Below are positions 26,239 to 41,200 of a DNA stretch of 64,000 nucleotides, piece after piece. Position numbers and translations under genes: made by a program. The stretch lies in contig OY740814.1 of assembly GCA_963514005.1 (NCBI GenBank), forward strand, positions 6,758,001 to 6,822,000. The letters are read 5' to 3'. The DNA comes from Raja brachyura. Taxonomy: Eukaryota. The notes beneath the pieces were generated by a model. The model was not told the origin of the DNA, did not search any database, and saw nothing but the letters and a program-made list of their open reading frames with translations. Each line of letters starts with the position of its first letter. Position 1 is the stretch's first letter.

Positions 26239-29200
26239 GTAATAGATTCATAACTAAAGTTCTCGCCATATATTAAAATTTAAGAGTGTTTTATTGTCAT
26301 ATGTTCCGAAATGCAACAATGAAATGTACAGAATTCCTATTTTTTCTTAAACTTTTCTTTCAAATAAACATCATATCTACCGGCACAAAATCATAAGATT
26401 TGATTGGTTCTAGAAAATGTTGTTCAGATATTTTTCTAATAATTTTATTTTCCTTCGCACCTGTGTTTTGACAGTGTTATCAGGCCAGAAGAACCAAATC
26501 TCAGGTTTTGGTTCTGTGGAGGAATAACATTTCCATCATGGTTGAGGTGATGTTGCTTCCTGACTGTTGCTATAGTGATGCAGATGGTCCATCCACCGAG
26601 GGAAGTGATATAAACGACCCTGCTATCAAACAGGATGCTTTACTGCTAGAAAGGTGGTCTTTACAGCCACTGCCCAAACAGTAAGTCTTTGTTCTTCACT
26701 GTAATGAAATACTTTTTTTTTAAAAATTAACAAAATCAATGGTCATCTATATATTTTTTCCTCCTTTTGGCTTGTTTAAAAAATGAATAATGCCATACAG
26801 TTGAAACAAAGAATATAAATACAGAAACCATTGTCTGAGACTAAGAATTAGCTTACAGGCCATGTGTTTTGTTGGAATTTGTTCAGGCACAGCACACTAC
26901 AGCTGTGGGTTTACTCATTTTGTTTCACAACAAGTAAAACACAGCATCTCTTATAGGTACAATGTAGATTTCTTGGTGCAATCATTGTGAACATTGTAAA
27001 ATAATGCTACTGCAACACATGTGTAATGCTACACATGCTACTGAAACCACGTGACTACATTTAGTGTTTAATGCATCTTTAAAGTATTCCCCTGTCTTTT
27101 ATAGCCTGCTCTACCAAATAGTATTGAATAAAATGTGTAGCAGTCTCCTGGGTAGTTATATTTATCGCTGTGCATCTCAATTTAAAGGTGTTTACATGAC
27201 TTGTAATAGTTCAATGCCACAATTTCCGGTACATTACCATTAAATTGCTTTATCCTCCTGTTCAAATTCCATGGGTTTATTCATTTAGTTTTTGCATTTG
27301 GAGGAATATTTTTTCTTTGAGAAAAATCTCAGTTAATTTGAATAATGGATCAAGTACTCTGCAGCACTGCGATTAAAAACAAAATAAAAATTAGGAGGTT
27401 AAATATAAATTTGGGTAAAACATAAATAAGTTTCTCTCACCTCAAGAAAATACAAGTACCTTTGGTGTCTTTAATTCCACAGGACACCAAGAAGGGTTAC
27501 CAAGCAAAATTTTCTGTGGGCCCATAACAATCAGTTAGGGATGATGCCTAAAACCTGTGTCACATGAGTTGTTTTTAATGGAGGTGGCTTCAAGGTAGAA
27601 GCAGAGGTAGGGAGGTTATTTGGTACACGTAATTGGCAGCTGGAGATACAGCCATGAGTAGAGTAGCAATTTAAATCTGAGAATGATCTCTGGAACAGAA
27701 ATGCAGATGGGGGGGGACTTTTGCCTTGATGAGAAGTGACCACGGTATTGCTAAACTAGGTGCCCTTATAAATTATCACGCAGGACGATAAGAGAAAGGG
27801 GTAACTACAGCAGAGTTTTGAAAGACCTTGAGAACAGTCAGTGAGGAAACTGTCAGGTATATATTAGGATTACCAAGTCTTTTGGTAATGAATGCATAGT
27901 TGAAGAGTTTTGATGTGTAGCACATCTACATTCTTTAAAAATAAATCATGACATCATTGACACGTTGGGCACCAATTGCGTTCTTAACTGAATCACTCTT
28001 GTTTGAGAAAGATGAGCAAGAGTTACCATTCCCTTCACTTCCTCAGTCAAGTATTTCTCATTGTCCAATGACAGAATTAGATTTTGAGTTTCACTAGTGT
28101 CTACGTTTAACAGGTGCTTAGTTTAACAAATGCTTAGTTTTAATAATGCTTTGTACTAACTATTATTAATATTTCCCTCTTTTTAATCTTAAGAACTGGA
28201 GATCGTTTTATTGAAGAGAAAAGCCTTCTGCAGGCTGTCCGTTCTTATGTCTTCTTTTCTCAGCTGAGTGCTTGGCTGAGTGCGTCACAAGGTGCTGTTC
28301 CACGCAATATTCTGTACCGGTGAGTGATATCTGGAATTATTATTATTATTTTAAAATTATGATTTTGGTTAACTTAAAATAAAGTTGATTATGCCTTATG
28401 AATGCAATCCAGCAAGACATTTTTTAAATTTAATGCCTATGTTCATAATGGCATATATTTTGTCTTTTTTAAGGGTAGGGGAATCAAGGACTAGAGGATA
28501 GAAGTTTAAGGTGAGGGAGGAATGATTTGTAGGAACCTGAGGAGGCAACTTTTTCACTCAGAAATATGCGGGTGTAATGAGCTGCCAGAGGAAGTAGTTA
28601 AGGCAGATACAATAACAACATTTAAAAGACCCTTGGCCGGGTACTTGGATAAGAAAGGTTTAGAAGGATATGGGCCAAATACAGGCAAATGGGACTAGCT
28701 TAGATGAGGCAAATTGGTTTGCATGGACATTTAGTTCAAAGGCCTGTTTCCATGCTATATGACACTCCGACTGAAATATAGAACTGAGGGAATACTGCTG
28801 CAGCCTGTAAGGCTAAAGCAAGTAAGAATGTCATTGTTTTGGCCCCAATGCATATAACAATATGCATTTGGCCCCAATGCCTCTTTATTTAAGGAATGGT
28901 AGTTTTCAGTGTTTAAGGTAAATGGGGTAAATGAGAAATAAACTACTTTCATTACTGGATGAGGCCAAATAGTCGCCAAGTTAATTGAAAGTTTGAAAAA
29001 TTGCATCATACAATATTCTAATGCTTTTGTTTGTGACATCTTAAATTTGTTTTTTTTTTCATATTTAGAATAAGTGCAACAGATGAAGACATGTTGCTAA
29101 ATTTTAATCAGCCTCCAGTTGAACATGTGTTTCCAGTTCCTAATATTTCTCACAGCCTGGCTTTGCAAGTGAGCGTTCTGTCCTTGCCAAGGCAGCCAAG

Positions 29201-32200
29201 TTACCCGCTGTTAACATGCAGTATTCACACCAACTTCCGTTTCTTTGGGAAAAGTATGCCCAGTCAAGAGAAGGATGCTTATCAACATACCAATGTAAAA
29301 GAGCAAGAGTACAGCAACACACCAGGGATCCAACAGAGGTACAACAAACAGGCTTACACAGCTGTTCGAAACCATGAATTGTTGCCAACAAGTTCCATAA
29401 ACGTAAGAAAATGCCCTTCTCCTGAGATCTTGGAAACAAGCAAAATGGGACCATTAAGTGATGCTGACAAAATACCTGAAATCAGAAGTTCACAAACTAA
29501 GACTCAACCTTGTAATTGGACAAACACTGCTGAAATAACTAAAGTCCATCGTTGTGAAACCCATTCAGTCAAAACATTAAAGTCATTTTCTGCGACAGAT
29601 TCCAATCAAACCAGCAGTTCAGCTTCCCAGATTTCTTCAGGTGAGATGAACCCTCTGATAGGAAGCTTGCTTCAGGAAAGGGAAGAAGTGATTGCACGAA
29701 TTGCCCAACGACTGAGTTACTGTGATCAAAGCCCTCCATCTGTTTCTGGAAGCCATTTTAATACAGGACAAGAGTCAAGTTCGACTGCAAAGCGACTGCA
29801 GAGCTCTTTTGAAGAGGAAAGCCCAAGTACAAGGAAAGAGACTCTCTGTAGTTCTGCTACCCATACGGAAAGCATTTTATTAGAAAATAACAGAAAAAAG
29901 AGCAGAACCCCTTCTCACGATACTCCACTCTTGTTATGTAGAAAGGCTAAACTTGACAATGATAAAAAAACTTCCCCTAAGCCGCAGACACAAAGAAAAT
30001 TATCTTCTGCAGATTCCTTTCCTGAAACAATTGGCAAATCTGAAACAAAACATACTGCTGAAAGAACTGTAAGTAAGCATGGTAAATCAGAACTATCACA
30101 AGCCAATTACATCGGCAAAATGAACTGGAAATGCGCAGTATCTGGCAACAGTATAATTGACAAACAATCTAAAGTCGAGTCATCATGTTCTGGTTCCTTT
30201 CATAAGAACATTGTGAACTCTACAGATTATTCTGAATTAAAACAACATACCCCTCCCATACATCATGATCCTTCAGAAATTAATACAAATACATTTGATA
30301 GAGACAAATTAGACTGCTCCTATACCGTTAACTTGGACTCAGGCACTCGTAGTGAAACTGGTGTCAACAATGTAAAAAATAAGCCCGTTAGTATAGAATG
30401 CTCATGTACCTGGCATTCAGACTGTGTAGACTGCAGCAAGTTTGGGTCTAAAAATGAATGGAATAAATTGGATATTTCCAGTGAAGACCATCCTGGTACA
30501 ATAAAAACAAATGAAACTGTCAGTTTTAAGAAGGGAGACCAAGAAAATATTGACGTGCAGATCCAGAGCTGTGATTCATCGCACTGCTTACGTAATTTAA
30601 CGATGCCAAGAAGACTTATTGGAGACTGCAGAGAAAGACCTGGAGAATCTCAATTGCAAACTGTAAGGAAGCTTTACTTTTTCCATCATCAGTAGTTAAT
30701 TTTATTGGCCTCAAATGAAAGCAGTTTAATTTGACTGTGCATGAAAATTGTTAACATCAGGATTATAGTGTTATAATAAGGTTCATTATTGATGATATAC
30801 AAGTCTGCATCAAACTCCAAATATAGGAGGCTGTATCTTCATCTCAAATGAAGCTAATGAGAACGTCATTCTGTACTTTGGGGGAAATTTCAATGTTTAA
30901 AAAAAAATTTTAATGTTCAATTCGATATTAGATGATTGAGGTATTCGTGAATGAGTGAGATGATTAGGTAAGAGATTGTTGTTCCACAGCAATCATTCAA
31001 TAATTTAAGATTGCTTGAGAGCTAAATTCATAGCCACGGAAAATGTAGTGGGATAGTGATGCACAATTAACTGCTGGCCATTAATTTCTGCTTGAAAGCA
31101 TAACAGCAATATACTGTCCAGTTATTTTCATGATTGCAACATGCAGTCACCTCAGAAAGGGGAGGGGTACTTTGTCTGACCTGGAAAACATTGAAGCGTG
31201 GCACTGTACAGGAGGAAACAGTGCCCATTGTTTATTTTGGATTTTGATGACGGAAGTGGCTTATTAAAGACCAGGCCAAGAGGTTCTCCAGGTGTTGTCT
31301 TCAATGCGATGGGACGGCACAGTGGTGCAGCGGTACAGTTGCTGCCACAATTACAGCTCCAGAGACCTGGGTTCAAACCTGATTATGGGTACTGTCTGTG
31401 CGGAGATTATATTTGAATTCTGCTGCAAATGAATTGACATGAAGACTTTGGTCCAGGCAATAGAAGATGGCTGGAGGTTAAATGCAGCTTGGTAGAACAG
31501 CCGAATGCATATTCAGTATTTGCAGCAGTATTTTGCTTTTACATAATGGAGTTCAATTAATTTTGGTTCAGAATGGGCAGCAAGAAATGCATAACTCAAA
31601 AGCAAAGCAGCCTTGCCAAAGAAGATTGTTCTCCCTAACGGTCAATCCCTCAGTGGAAATAATTAAATAAAGCCACTTATCTTTGAATGGAGAGCCTTGT
31701 TGATCTTGTTTACACAGGATGCCTAGTAATCTAAATGCTGTTGCAAGTCTCCCCAACACTAATCTGGAAGGAGCTAGAGACAAAGATTGCTCACTGCAAT
31801 CATCACCCCCCACCGGCTCTGCCAATGTGTTCTATGTCCTGTCCAGTCATGGATGCTAGAAGTAGCAGATCAGTTCAGTTTAGTTTATTGTCACTTGTAC
31901 GATGTGCAAGTGAAAAGCTTTTGTTGCATGCTATCCAGTCAGCAGAAAGGCAATACCTGATAACAGCTGGGCAGAAACTGTCCCTGAATCTGGTGATGTG
32001 CATATTCACAGATTCAGGTGAGGACACATTTATTGGAACCCATATTGTTCCTCTGAGATTCAGGTAGGAGGCTGCCCTTCCCCCTCCTTCCGCTTGTATA
32101 TGCTGCTCAGTGTGCTGTCTACTCAATGTATCACTGCACGCATACATATTATTGCACCCATATCCAGGAACAATTGTGACAATAAAAGTCAGCAATTAGT

Positions 32201-35200
32201 TCCTCGGTGCTTGACACACAACCTTGTGTGGAGTTTTACAACTTGATGTTATAAAAGCACTAAACATGTGGTATCTCAGCATTCTCACAAACATACATGT
32301 TCACCATAATCACTTGTTTGGAGGATGTCAGGGGCATCAGAGCTTCAAAAAAAGCATGCTCATTCATATAGTTATTCTATTTTCTTTTGTGTTAATTTTC
32401 AAATTGTTAATTGAACCAACCTATTATTTATTTAAATATAATATTACTTTATTAAAAATGTATGTACAGCACTCTTGGAAGTCTTCCTTAGGAAATGTTA
32501 CAGTGGCTTAGATATTGACGTTGCTTAGATATTCATCTTTTAAAAAAAGAAATGGATGCCAAATCAAAATCCTTGCACATCTGTACATTTATTTTATATT
32601 TTGGGAAACAAATGCTCCTGATAATCACATTGTTAACCCTAATTTACTTTGAAAATTTGGTGTGAGCCACCTGTGACCTAATGCTATCCTAGATGAGGTA
32701 TGGCTGCAGTGCTGCAAGGTACAGAGTTCCGAGATTCACACCTAGTGATGATGAAGGAATTATTTTGTATTTTTAAATCCCGATGGTATGCCACTTGGGA
32801 AGCTTCCAGGTTATGGTGTCCCATCCCTTGTCCTCTTGGATAGCAGAAATCATAAATGTGCAAGAAGCATTTAGTGACCCAAGCTGCTCCAATGTATTTT
32901 TAGATGATGGTCCCTGCAACCATGATGTGCCAAGATGTATGGAATGCAACATTAAGGCGTTGAATGGAGTATCAATCCAACCTTGTCCTGTACAGTCTTT
33001 AGCTTCCAAAGTGAGCTGTGTCCTCCAAGCAATTAGAGACTATTCCATTGCTCTGCTGACTTGGAGAACCTTCATAAAAGCTAAAGTCAAACTGTAGATG
33101 GAACTGCTTGGGTTGCTTGAGAATGTTGACAAGTTGGTGACCATTTGTTTTAAATTTCTTGAATTAAGAACATTTTCATTATAAACTGTTTATATTCTTG
33201 CAATTGTATTTTCAATGCAGATGTAGTATTGCAACACAATTAATTCAGAGTGCTATCATAATTGTCATTGGTGCTATTAAATTACTGAAGTGTGGTTCAC
33301 ACATCATTTTGGGCTTGCTTGGCACATTTCACCCGTGACATTGTAAGTACAAGTGGATTGAAGAAGAGGTTAGGCATTGAGTTCTTTGATTCAGAAATCT
33401 CAGCTGTTTTGAATTGTACTGAAAATAATCTGAAACATCTGGACAATTCAAGCATTTGACTATTGAAGACAAAGCAAGTGTAACCTGTTGACATGTGAGA
33501 GCTATCTGTCCATCAGTTTTCTCAAGCAATTTACAAATGCACATGTACAAAATAAAAATGACCATTATCTTGAAGGATATCGCGTGAAACATATTTTCCA
33601 GTGTTTGAACAATTAGCCAGATCTTTTCCAGTCTTTGAAGTGAGCTCCCAGCTAAATGCTGAAGCTGTGGAAGACCAGGTTCCAGGTGATCGGCAAGGTC
33701 TAAAATGGCCTTGATAGCCAATGAGTCCACAACATCGTCAGGCTTAGCTGCTGCCAAGGTGGTCGAGATTGAATGATTGTGAATGTCTTCAATACTCACA
33801 AAGAATGCTCATGTGTTAAATCTTTCTAATAAAAAATGGAATTTACAAGAAATCTAAATTACTGGAAAAAATTGATATGCCATTAAAAACTGGTGGCTTT
33901 GCGAGAAAAGGTTGGCATATTGTCAAGGACGAGCATGTCCAATCATCAAATCAGACGGTCAAGATCAAATGCAAGGCTGCCCAGGAACCTGCTGATAACC
34001 ATGAAGTGCATATTCTTCAACTGTGTCATTACTACATTTAGTAAACACGCAAAGGTCCAACTGCTGTCCAAAAAATGGAGGAGAGTTAACCAAGAGCGGA
34101 AAGAGAGAGTCACTACCCACTGGGAACGGAGAAGGAACAGTTTGAAGAACTCTTCACCCATGACTATTTCATAGAAACATAGGTGCAGGAGGAGGCCATT
34201 TGGCCCTTCGAGCCACCACTACCATTCATTGTGATCATGGCTGATCATCCACAATCAGTAACCCGTGCCTGCCTTCTCCCAATATCCCTTGATTCCACTA
34301 GCCCCTAGAGCTCTATCTAACTTTTAAATTCATCCAGTGAATTGGCCTCTACTGCCTTCTGTGGCAGAGAAAATTACACAAATTCACAACTCTGGGTGAA
34401 AAAGATTTTCTCTTTTCTGTTTTAAATGGCCTCCCCTTTATTCTTAGACTGTGGCCCCTGGTTCTGGACTCCCCCAACATTGGGACCATTTTTCCTGCAT
34501 CTAGCTCGTCCAGTCCTTTCACCTTCATTCTATCTGACAGCAACCCATCTCAGACTGACAAGATGCCCGCAGGCAAATGATAAAACAGGTAAAACCTTGA
34601 ACAGAGAGAAACTTTAGTTACACATTTGCAACCTCATCTTTCACTTCCGGGAAGGGGAGGACATGCCCGGGAACCTCAAATCCCATAATTATGACCATCT
34701 CCAAGAAAGGAGCCATATCCAATTTGGGTAACAACAGAGGGTTCATGCTGTCTACTGCAGGGGATAAATAATCATAGCCAGGTCCTCCTCTATCCTCTGG
34801 AGTATCAAAAGAACTACAATCCTGAATAGCATTGTGTTTTTTATCTATCCTATTATGTTCTTTCTATATGGAGAAACAAGGGACATGATCTTCACCACGT
34901 GTTAACTGCCAAAAAAATATCAAAAACTGAATTAACCACAGTATATGATTGTTTTATGACCTCTGAAAAGCTTTCATCATTGTACGATAAGGTTGCCTCC
35001 AAACAATTGTCTACATCTTGCTTCGATGGCATGATGGCACACAAGCCTTGATGTGAACCAAGTCTTTAAAAGGCCCATTCTCAGAGGTGAATGCTGTTTG
35101 GAAGACTGCAACATCATCCTAACTATTTTCTCAGTCTCACTGAACTATACCTCATCTTCAGCAAACGTCCCACAAAAATAGAATGACTATAGAAAGTGGA

Positions 35201-38200
35201 ACTACATTGTAGTTGATCTGCAAGATAAATGGGAAACTGATAAATCTACATCATCCTCATTCTAGATCCAAAATCCCTCCACCCTCAGTCATGGAACTGC
35301 AATATACAGTTAAAGCATATGGACTTAAATATTCAAGGGCTGAATCCCAATCATCATTGAGTCTACACTATAATGAAAATATCATAACTGATTGCTTGCT
35401 TAAAGAGCAATTAGCAAAGGAGAATAAATTATGGCATTACAAAGGATGTTTCACGAACGGATTAAAAAAATCCTGATTTAACTTTTTTGTTGCATTTATT
35501 TCCCAAATACAGATATTAAGATTGAGGTGTAATAGGCTGTCGGTAGGGACCCCTGTATCATTGGACCCTAGCCGGGATGCATAGAGAAAGAGGGAGGGCA
35601 ATGACATCGGAAATTTCAAGAAGACGGGTGGTTGATCAAAAAGGTCTAGCCAATAGGAAATGATGGCTTATGTTGCTATTGAGAGGCAAGTAAGATGGAT
35701 TCAGTGAGTGAGTCAGAAGACTCTGAGAAACACAAGCCTGTTGGACACAGATGTTTTTGACTCCCATTAGCACCACTTTTCAAGTGGCCTGAAAAACTCG
35801 TCCAATTGGCCAAAATAGGTCAAATTTGCCATCTTCTTCTTGCGCATGGTGTCCACAGCCTAAAGTTGTAGGTCAACTTGTTCTATTTGATCTAGTTTGT
35901 GCACATTGGGTTGATTGCATTAGACGAAACAGGCTGGACCACGTGAAGGTTGGAATTTCCCATCCCATTTGCCATCTGATAATCATCTATTTTTCATTCT
36001 CCCTCCACTAATTCTAGAAGTGTGGACTGAGGGTTTGGTCTGAGAAATCTTATAGCATCCAACCCAAACTACTCAGTTTTGGTTAAAATCCACCTCACAC
36101 CACATCATGTCCTAGTATGAACATTCTAATTTTAGCACTCATAATATTAATAATTCCTATCCACTCTTGCATTTTTGGTTAGTTTTTTTCAGCTGTTTTT
36201 TCAACGCACTTTGATCTTACTCAAGTTCACTTTATTTATTGCTTGTAAAAGAGTTTTAGTGAGGATTGTAAATTCAAATAAAGAGCAATGGCATATGTTA
36301 TTAAGTTGTAATATCCCTGCATAACACGCTGTCCCAATAAAGACATTTTTAAAAATATCCTGCTCTAAAATTTGAAATTAGGATAATAATAAACATTTTT
36401 CTTGCAGAAGAATTTTTCAAAATCTCCTCTGAGACCTTCTGGTAACTTTTGGAAGAAACAGAATCGCCGTTCGTTAGATGGGATTTCAACAAAAGTTTTT
36501 CATCCATGTACTGGATTACCCTTGCATTCAAGTCCTGTAAGTTAATAGCTTGGATGGTAGAATAAAACAAATATATATTTTCACTAAGAATATAATTTAC
36601 AACTTTTGACTGTTTATGAAAGCTTTGCAACATGACAATAAAAAATATGTTGGAAAGAGTGCAGAGAAGATTTTCAAAGACTCGAGGGGCTGGGGTATGA
36701 GGAAAGATCAGGCTAGCAAGGAGTACACGAGGCGGAGGTGTATAACATCATGAGAGGAATAGATATTGTGAATGGACAGTCTTTTTCCCAGCATAGAGGA
36801 ATCAAGAACTAGCGGCATAGGTTTACGAGGAAAGGGGAGAAATTTAATACAAACCTAAGGGCCAACCTTTTCACACAGTGGGTGGTGACTATATGCCAGA
36901 GGAAGTTATTGAGGCCGGTACAATAACAACATTTAAAAGACATTTGAACAAGTAACATATATAGGAAAAGTTTGGAGGGATGTTGGCCAAACTCTGGCAA
37001 ATAGGACAAGTGGGTCTAACAGACCTGTTTCCACGGCATCTGACTTTAATTGAAATATTATATTCAGCTTGATAATATTAAAATTGTATTCTACATCCTG
37101 AGTCTCCCATGAAACGTGCTTACTCGTTCAGTTCTAGTTTCATGAAAGTTCATGTGGATTCTTCTCTTTGCTTTAGTTCATCAAGGGGAATTTAAAATGT
37201 TTAAAACTTATTTCAAAGTGACGCAGTTACGTGGAACAAAGCAATTTTATTACAACCACAGAAGTGAGATTTGAACAATTTCAATTCCATTGCCACCAAT
37301 TACATTTATATTGAATTTGGTCAGATAGGAAAATAGCAACTTTTTTCCTTCATATACTTCAATAACTTGTTTCACAGTAGCATAATTTAACAGTGTTACT
37401 GTGTATAGCCATGGTTTTGAATGTCATGAATAAATATAGTTTTTTTCTGGTGGATATCCTTTTCAATGTTCATTTATGCTGTCAGTGCTAACAAAGTTTG
37501 ATATTTACGAATCATGCAGCTATGGGTGTTTATTAAAGTCTGGAAATTGAACTTGACATCCTCTTTATGTTTCGCAAGCAAACATGATGTAATTTTGGTT
37601 TCAACTCTTAAAAATTTTGAAATGCTCACCATTGCTGTTTTCAGCATTTTTGAGCAGGCAATTTCATGGTGAGGTACCTCAATTTCCAGTCTCCCGAGAA
37701 TAATTGAAAGAATCTTTTTAGCCAGGTAATATTTTTAATACTGAATTCTGCCTCTTCAGTCAATCCAGTTAGCTCTAGGTGAATGTACTTGTGATGTGGA
37801 ATGGGTGAAGCAGATTACTGTGAAAGGTTTATGTAATATTCAGCTGCTTGTAATCTTAAATAAATTAATGTCCTTAATCTAATTAGAAAAAAGAAAATAG
37901 TTGTAAGAGCTTAGATCCCCTAATATGAGTTATGTTACTGGGTCAGGTGTAAATATAGAGAGCATAGAATAATCTAACAAAAAAGACAATGCGGTGGCAA
38001 GAGCGTTACTTTTCACTAAAGGTGAACTACGGAAGTAATGATGCGTTCCCAGAATGCTTTCAGGGTAGGTTTGTCGAATGTGGTACTTTGGTGCGACAAT
38101 GAAATAGATTTGACCTAAATTTTAATGACAGCGATGGTGAGAATAAATCCATTTAAAATCTGACAATAGTAAACTATCTTAAAATAAGCAATTGACTGAA

Positions 38201-41200
38201 ATTGACATTAAATTTGAGAGGATGAAGGAAGAGCGTTATTTGATGGGATAATAAATGAGCCAGCTCACAGTCAACTTAGCAGAAGTTAATTGTGAGAAGT
38301 TGTAAACATACTAGCGATAGCCATCCGTTTGTAAATGTATGAAGAGAAGAGGATTGATAAAGATAAATGTTGATGCACTAAAACAATTGCAGTTGAGACA
38401 ACAAAGACAAGGCATTGTAGGCTTGCCAGTAACGTGTTTGTTATAGGCAAAAATAATTGTCAAAGGCGAAGAGAATAGAACGCTGTTAATCTAAGGGAAC
38501 CAAAAACAAGGCCTAGAGGTGAGCTTGGAGATGCAAGGAACTGCAGATGTTGGAACCTTGGCCAAAACATATAGTGCAGGAGGAACTCAGCGTGTCAGGC
38601 AGCATCTGTGAAGGGAAATGAAGAGGCAACGTTTTGGGTCAGGACTCTTCTTTGGATTGATAAGGTGGTCTTGGTGAGCTAACTGGATTTCATACAAATA
38701 AAATTGATGATAGAGAAACTACTAGGATCAAAGATACACAAGACTTTTATTTCTACCTGTTTATGTTAATTAGTGTTAACATGCAAACAGTCCCTTCGGC
38801 CCACCGAGTCAATGCTGACCATCCATCACCCATTCACTAATTTTATATTATCCCACTTTCGCATCCACTCTCCACACTAAGACCAAATTGCAGAGGCCAA
38901 TCAACTTTAAAATTAGAATGTAAATGCTCTCATGGAATCATATGGCATGAATATAGACCCTTTAGCCCACCATGTTCACGTCAATCATCAAGTACCCATC
39001 TATTCTAATTCAATTTTCCAATACTTGGTAATTAACATGCTGTGTCATGGCAATTCTGTAATTATTAAGATGTGATGCATCATGTTTTTTCAAGAGATTG
39101 GGCTGCAGTGATACACTTCACCATATTTATGTAAATGATTTGGATGAAGGAACAAAAGGTTATGTTTATATAAATAACAAGTCACATTCACAAGTAACTT
39201 GTAAATGCAAGCAGGAAGAAATATTGAATGAGTTAATAAAAATATGGCTTATAGAAATAAGTGCAGGGCAATATGAGATTATATCCATTCTGGATCCGAG
39301 ATGGAGAATTCAGTTGATGTCAATGGTGAGAGGTCAAGTGTTGCTGAGGAGCAAAATAATTTGATGAACCATTTGCAAATAATCAGTTAAAAATAATGCA
39401 GCACAGCAAAAGATGAACAAGAAGGCTGAAGAAAGGTCCCAACCCAAAATGTTGTCTGTCCATTCCCTCCACGGATGCTGCCTGACTCTGAGTTCCTCCA
39501 ACCCTTTGTATTTTGCTCAAGATTTTAGCATCTGCAGTCTCTTGTAGACTGATGGAATGGCTAATGGAATTTTATGCAACATCTCAAGAGTCTTGGAATA
39601 CAATAATAGGGAAGAGATGTTTCAGGTGTGCGGAGCTTTGGTTAGCCTCGGTCTGGAGAACTCATTTTAGTTTTATGCACATATTCAGAAGTATGTGACT
39701 ATTATGGAGGAGTGGAGTGCAGTGCAGATTCACCAGACTGGAAACTGGACAAGAACAATTGCATTATGTGGACTGATGGAATAGATTTTATAAATTATTT
39801 GACCCAGTCTTTAAAATGGTAATGTGATTCAGTAAAACAGACACAAAGAAGATGTGAGGGAAATCCAGAATACAGGAGGAATTTTTACCTTTGAGCTACA
39901 TTATATTGGCTGCAATCAGAAAACTATTTTTCACTCTGTAAATCCAGAACTCTCTCAGTCTGCCTTCCTACCCTGCAAGAGATAATAATGCTGTGTCAAT
40001 TGAAAATTCCACGTAGAGGATTGGCAGATTTGTGTTTGCTAAGGCTATTCGCAGACACAGAGATCAAAAGCAGGTGAATGGAATTGAGCTACAGATAATC
40101 CATGATCTAATTGAATGACAGCAGCTGAATGACCTACATCTGTATTCCTATAAAAGTACGATTGAAAGCTCTATTTCACTATATAGGTTGCAAACTAAAC
40201 TTAAATATAAACGTGCTGTTCCTGTTGTGGAATCAGGTTGTGCTTCCAATTGCGAGTGAGCTTCATGTTTGGGCCATTTTTAATGAAAAAATCAGAAAAT
40301 AGTCTTTATGTATTATAAAAGACAGAGGAAACAGAAGCACTATTAGATCATGCAGCCCTGCCATTCAATAAGATCATGGCTAATTTTCTTACCTCAACCC
40401 TGTTTTCCTGCACTAACCCCATCTTCATTTCCTTATTATCTAAAAGTCTTTTGTGTGGTATTACCTAAGGATTATTGTTGAACATTTTGTTTGTTACAAT
40501 CATAGGTGTGGTTTAGTGTCAAAGAGTCTGTAAATCAGCATATCTTAATTGTTAATAGAATTTATCTTGTTGTACACCAAGGTTCCACCAAGAAAAAAAC
40601 AATCGGGATACTTTGACCTGGACACTTCATTGCAAAGACTAAAAGGGGTACCTTGCAAAAGGTATTTCTGTGTCTGTTTCTACAGTTTGAAAAAAAAAAC
40701 AAGTGTCATTCAACAGTAATCAAGTGTCAGTCTTTTGATACGGAAGCAAACCAAATTTAGTTGGCAATTTACTCATCAACTCTAATGAATTGCTTTTCAG
40801 GATTTTACAATGTTTTAAGAGTTAATTGCCGATTACATAAGTTGGCTATGTTCTGTTTTTGTTCAAAACAAATATCATTGTTTTACCTGAGGTAATTTCA
40901 CTCTATTGACTTCTTTCCTTAAATGCCCTAAGCAAGACACAATTTCTAGTCAAGAGACTGAAACAAAGCTGCAAGTGGAATGGTGTTTTTAGGATGGTTT
41001 ACCCAGAGAGTTGTATGTGCCATGGAACTCATGTTTTTGAGATTTATTATTGTAACGCTCCAATTCATTTTAATTGGAATGTTTTGATGCCACTTTTGCC
41101 ATTGTGACATATTTTAATCTGCGAGTGCCCAAGTACAAAATTCACATTTACTGGATAAATTACAGTGTAATTCATCATTTGCAACCTGCAACACTTTTTT

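Noticed and set aside
29091-30695. 534-aa ORF as a stand-alone gene
   Set aside because: It is internal exon D of ATOSA, bounded by splice sites at 29069 and 30662.
31482-32067. Extra ATOSA exons in ORFs 31482-31670 and 31735-32067
   Set aside because: No family similarity and weak or absent donors; exon D already joins exon E in frame; the distal part is a Rex-like tail.
33329-33799. 156-aa minus-strand ORF
   Set aside because: No recognisable motif or splice structure; adjacent to the decayed RTE and probably a chance or repeat-derived frame.
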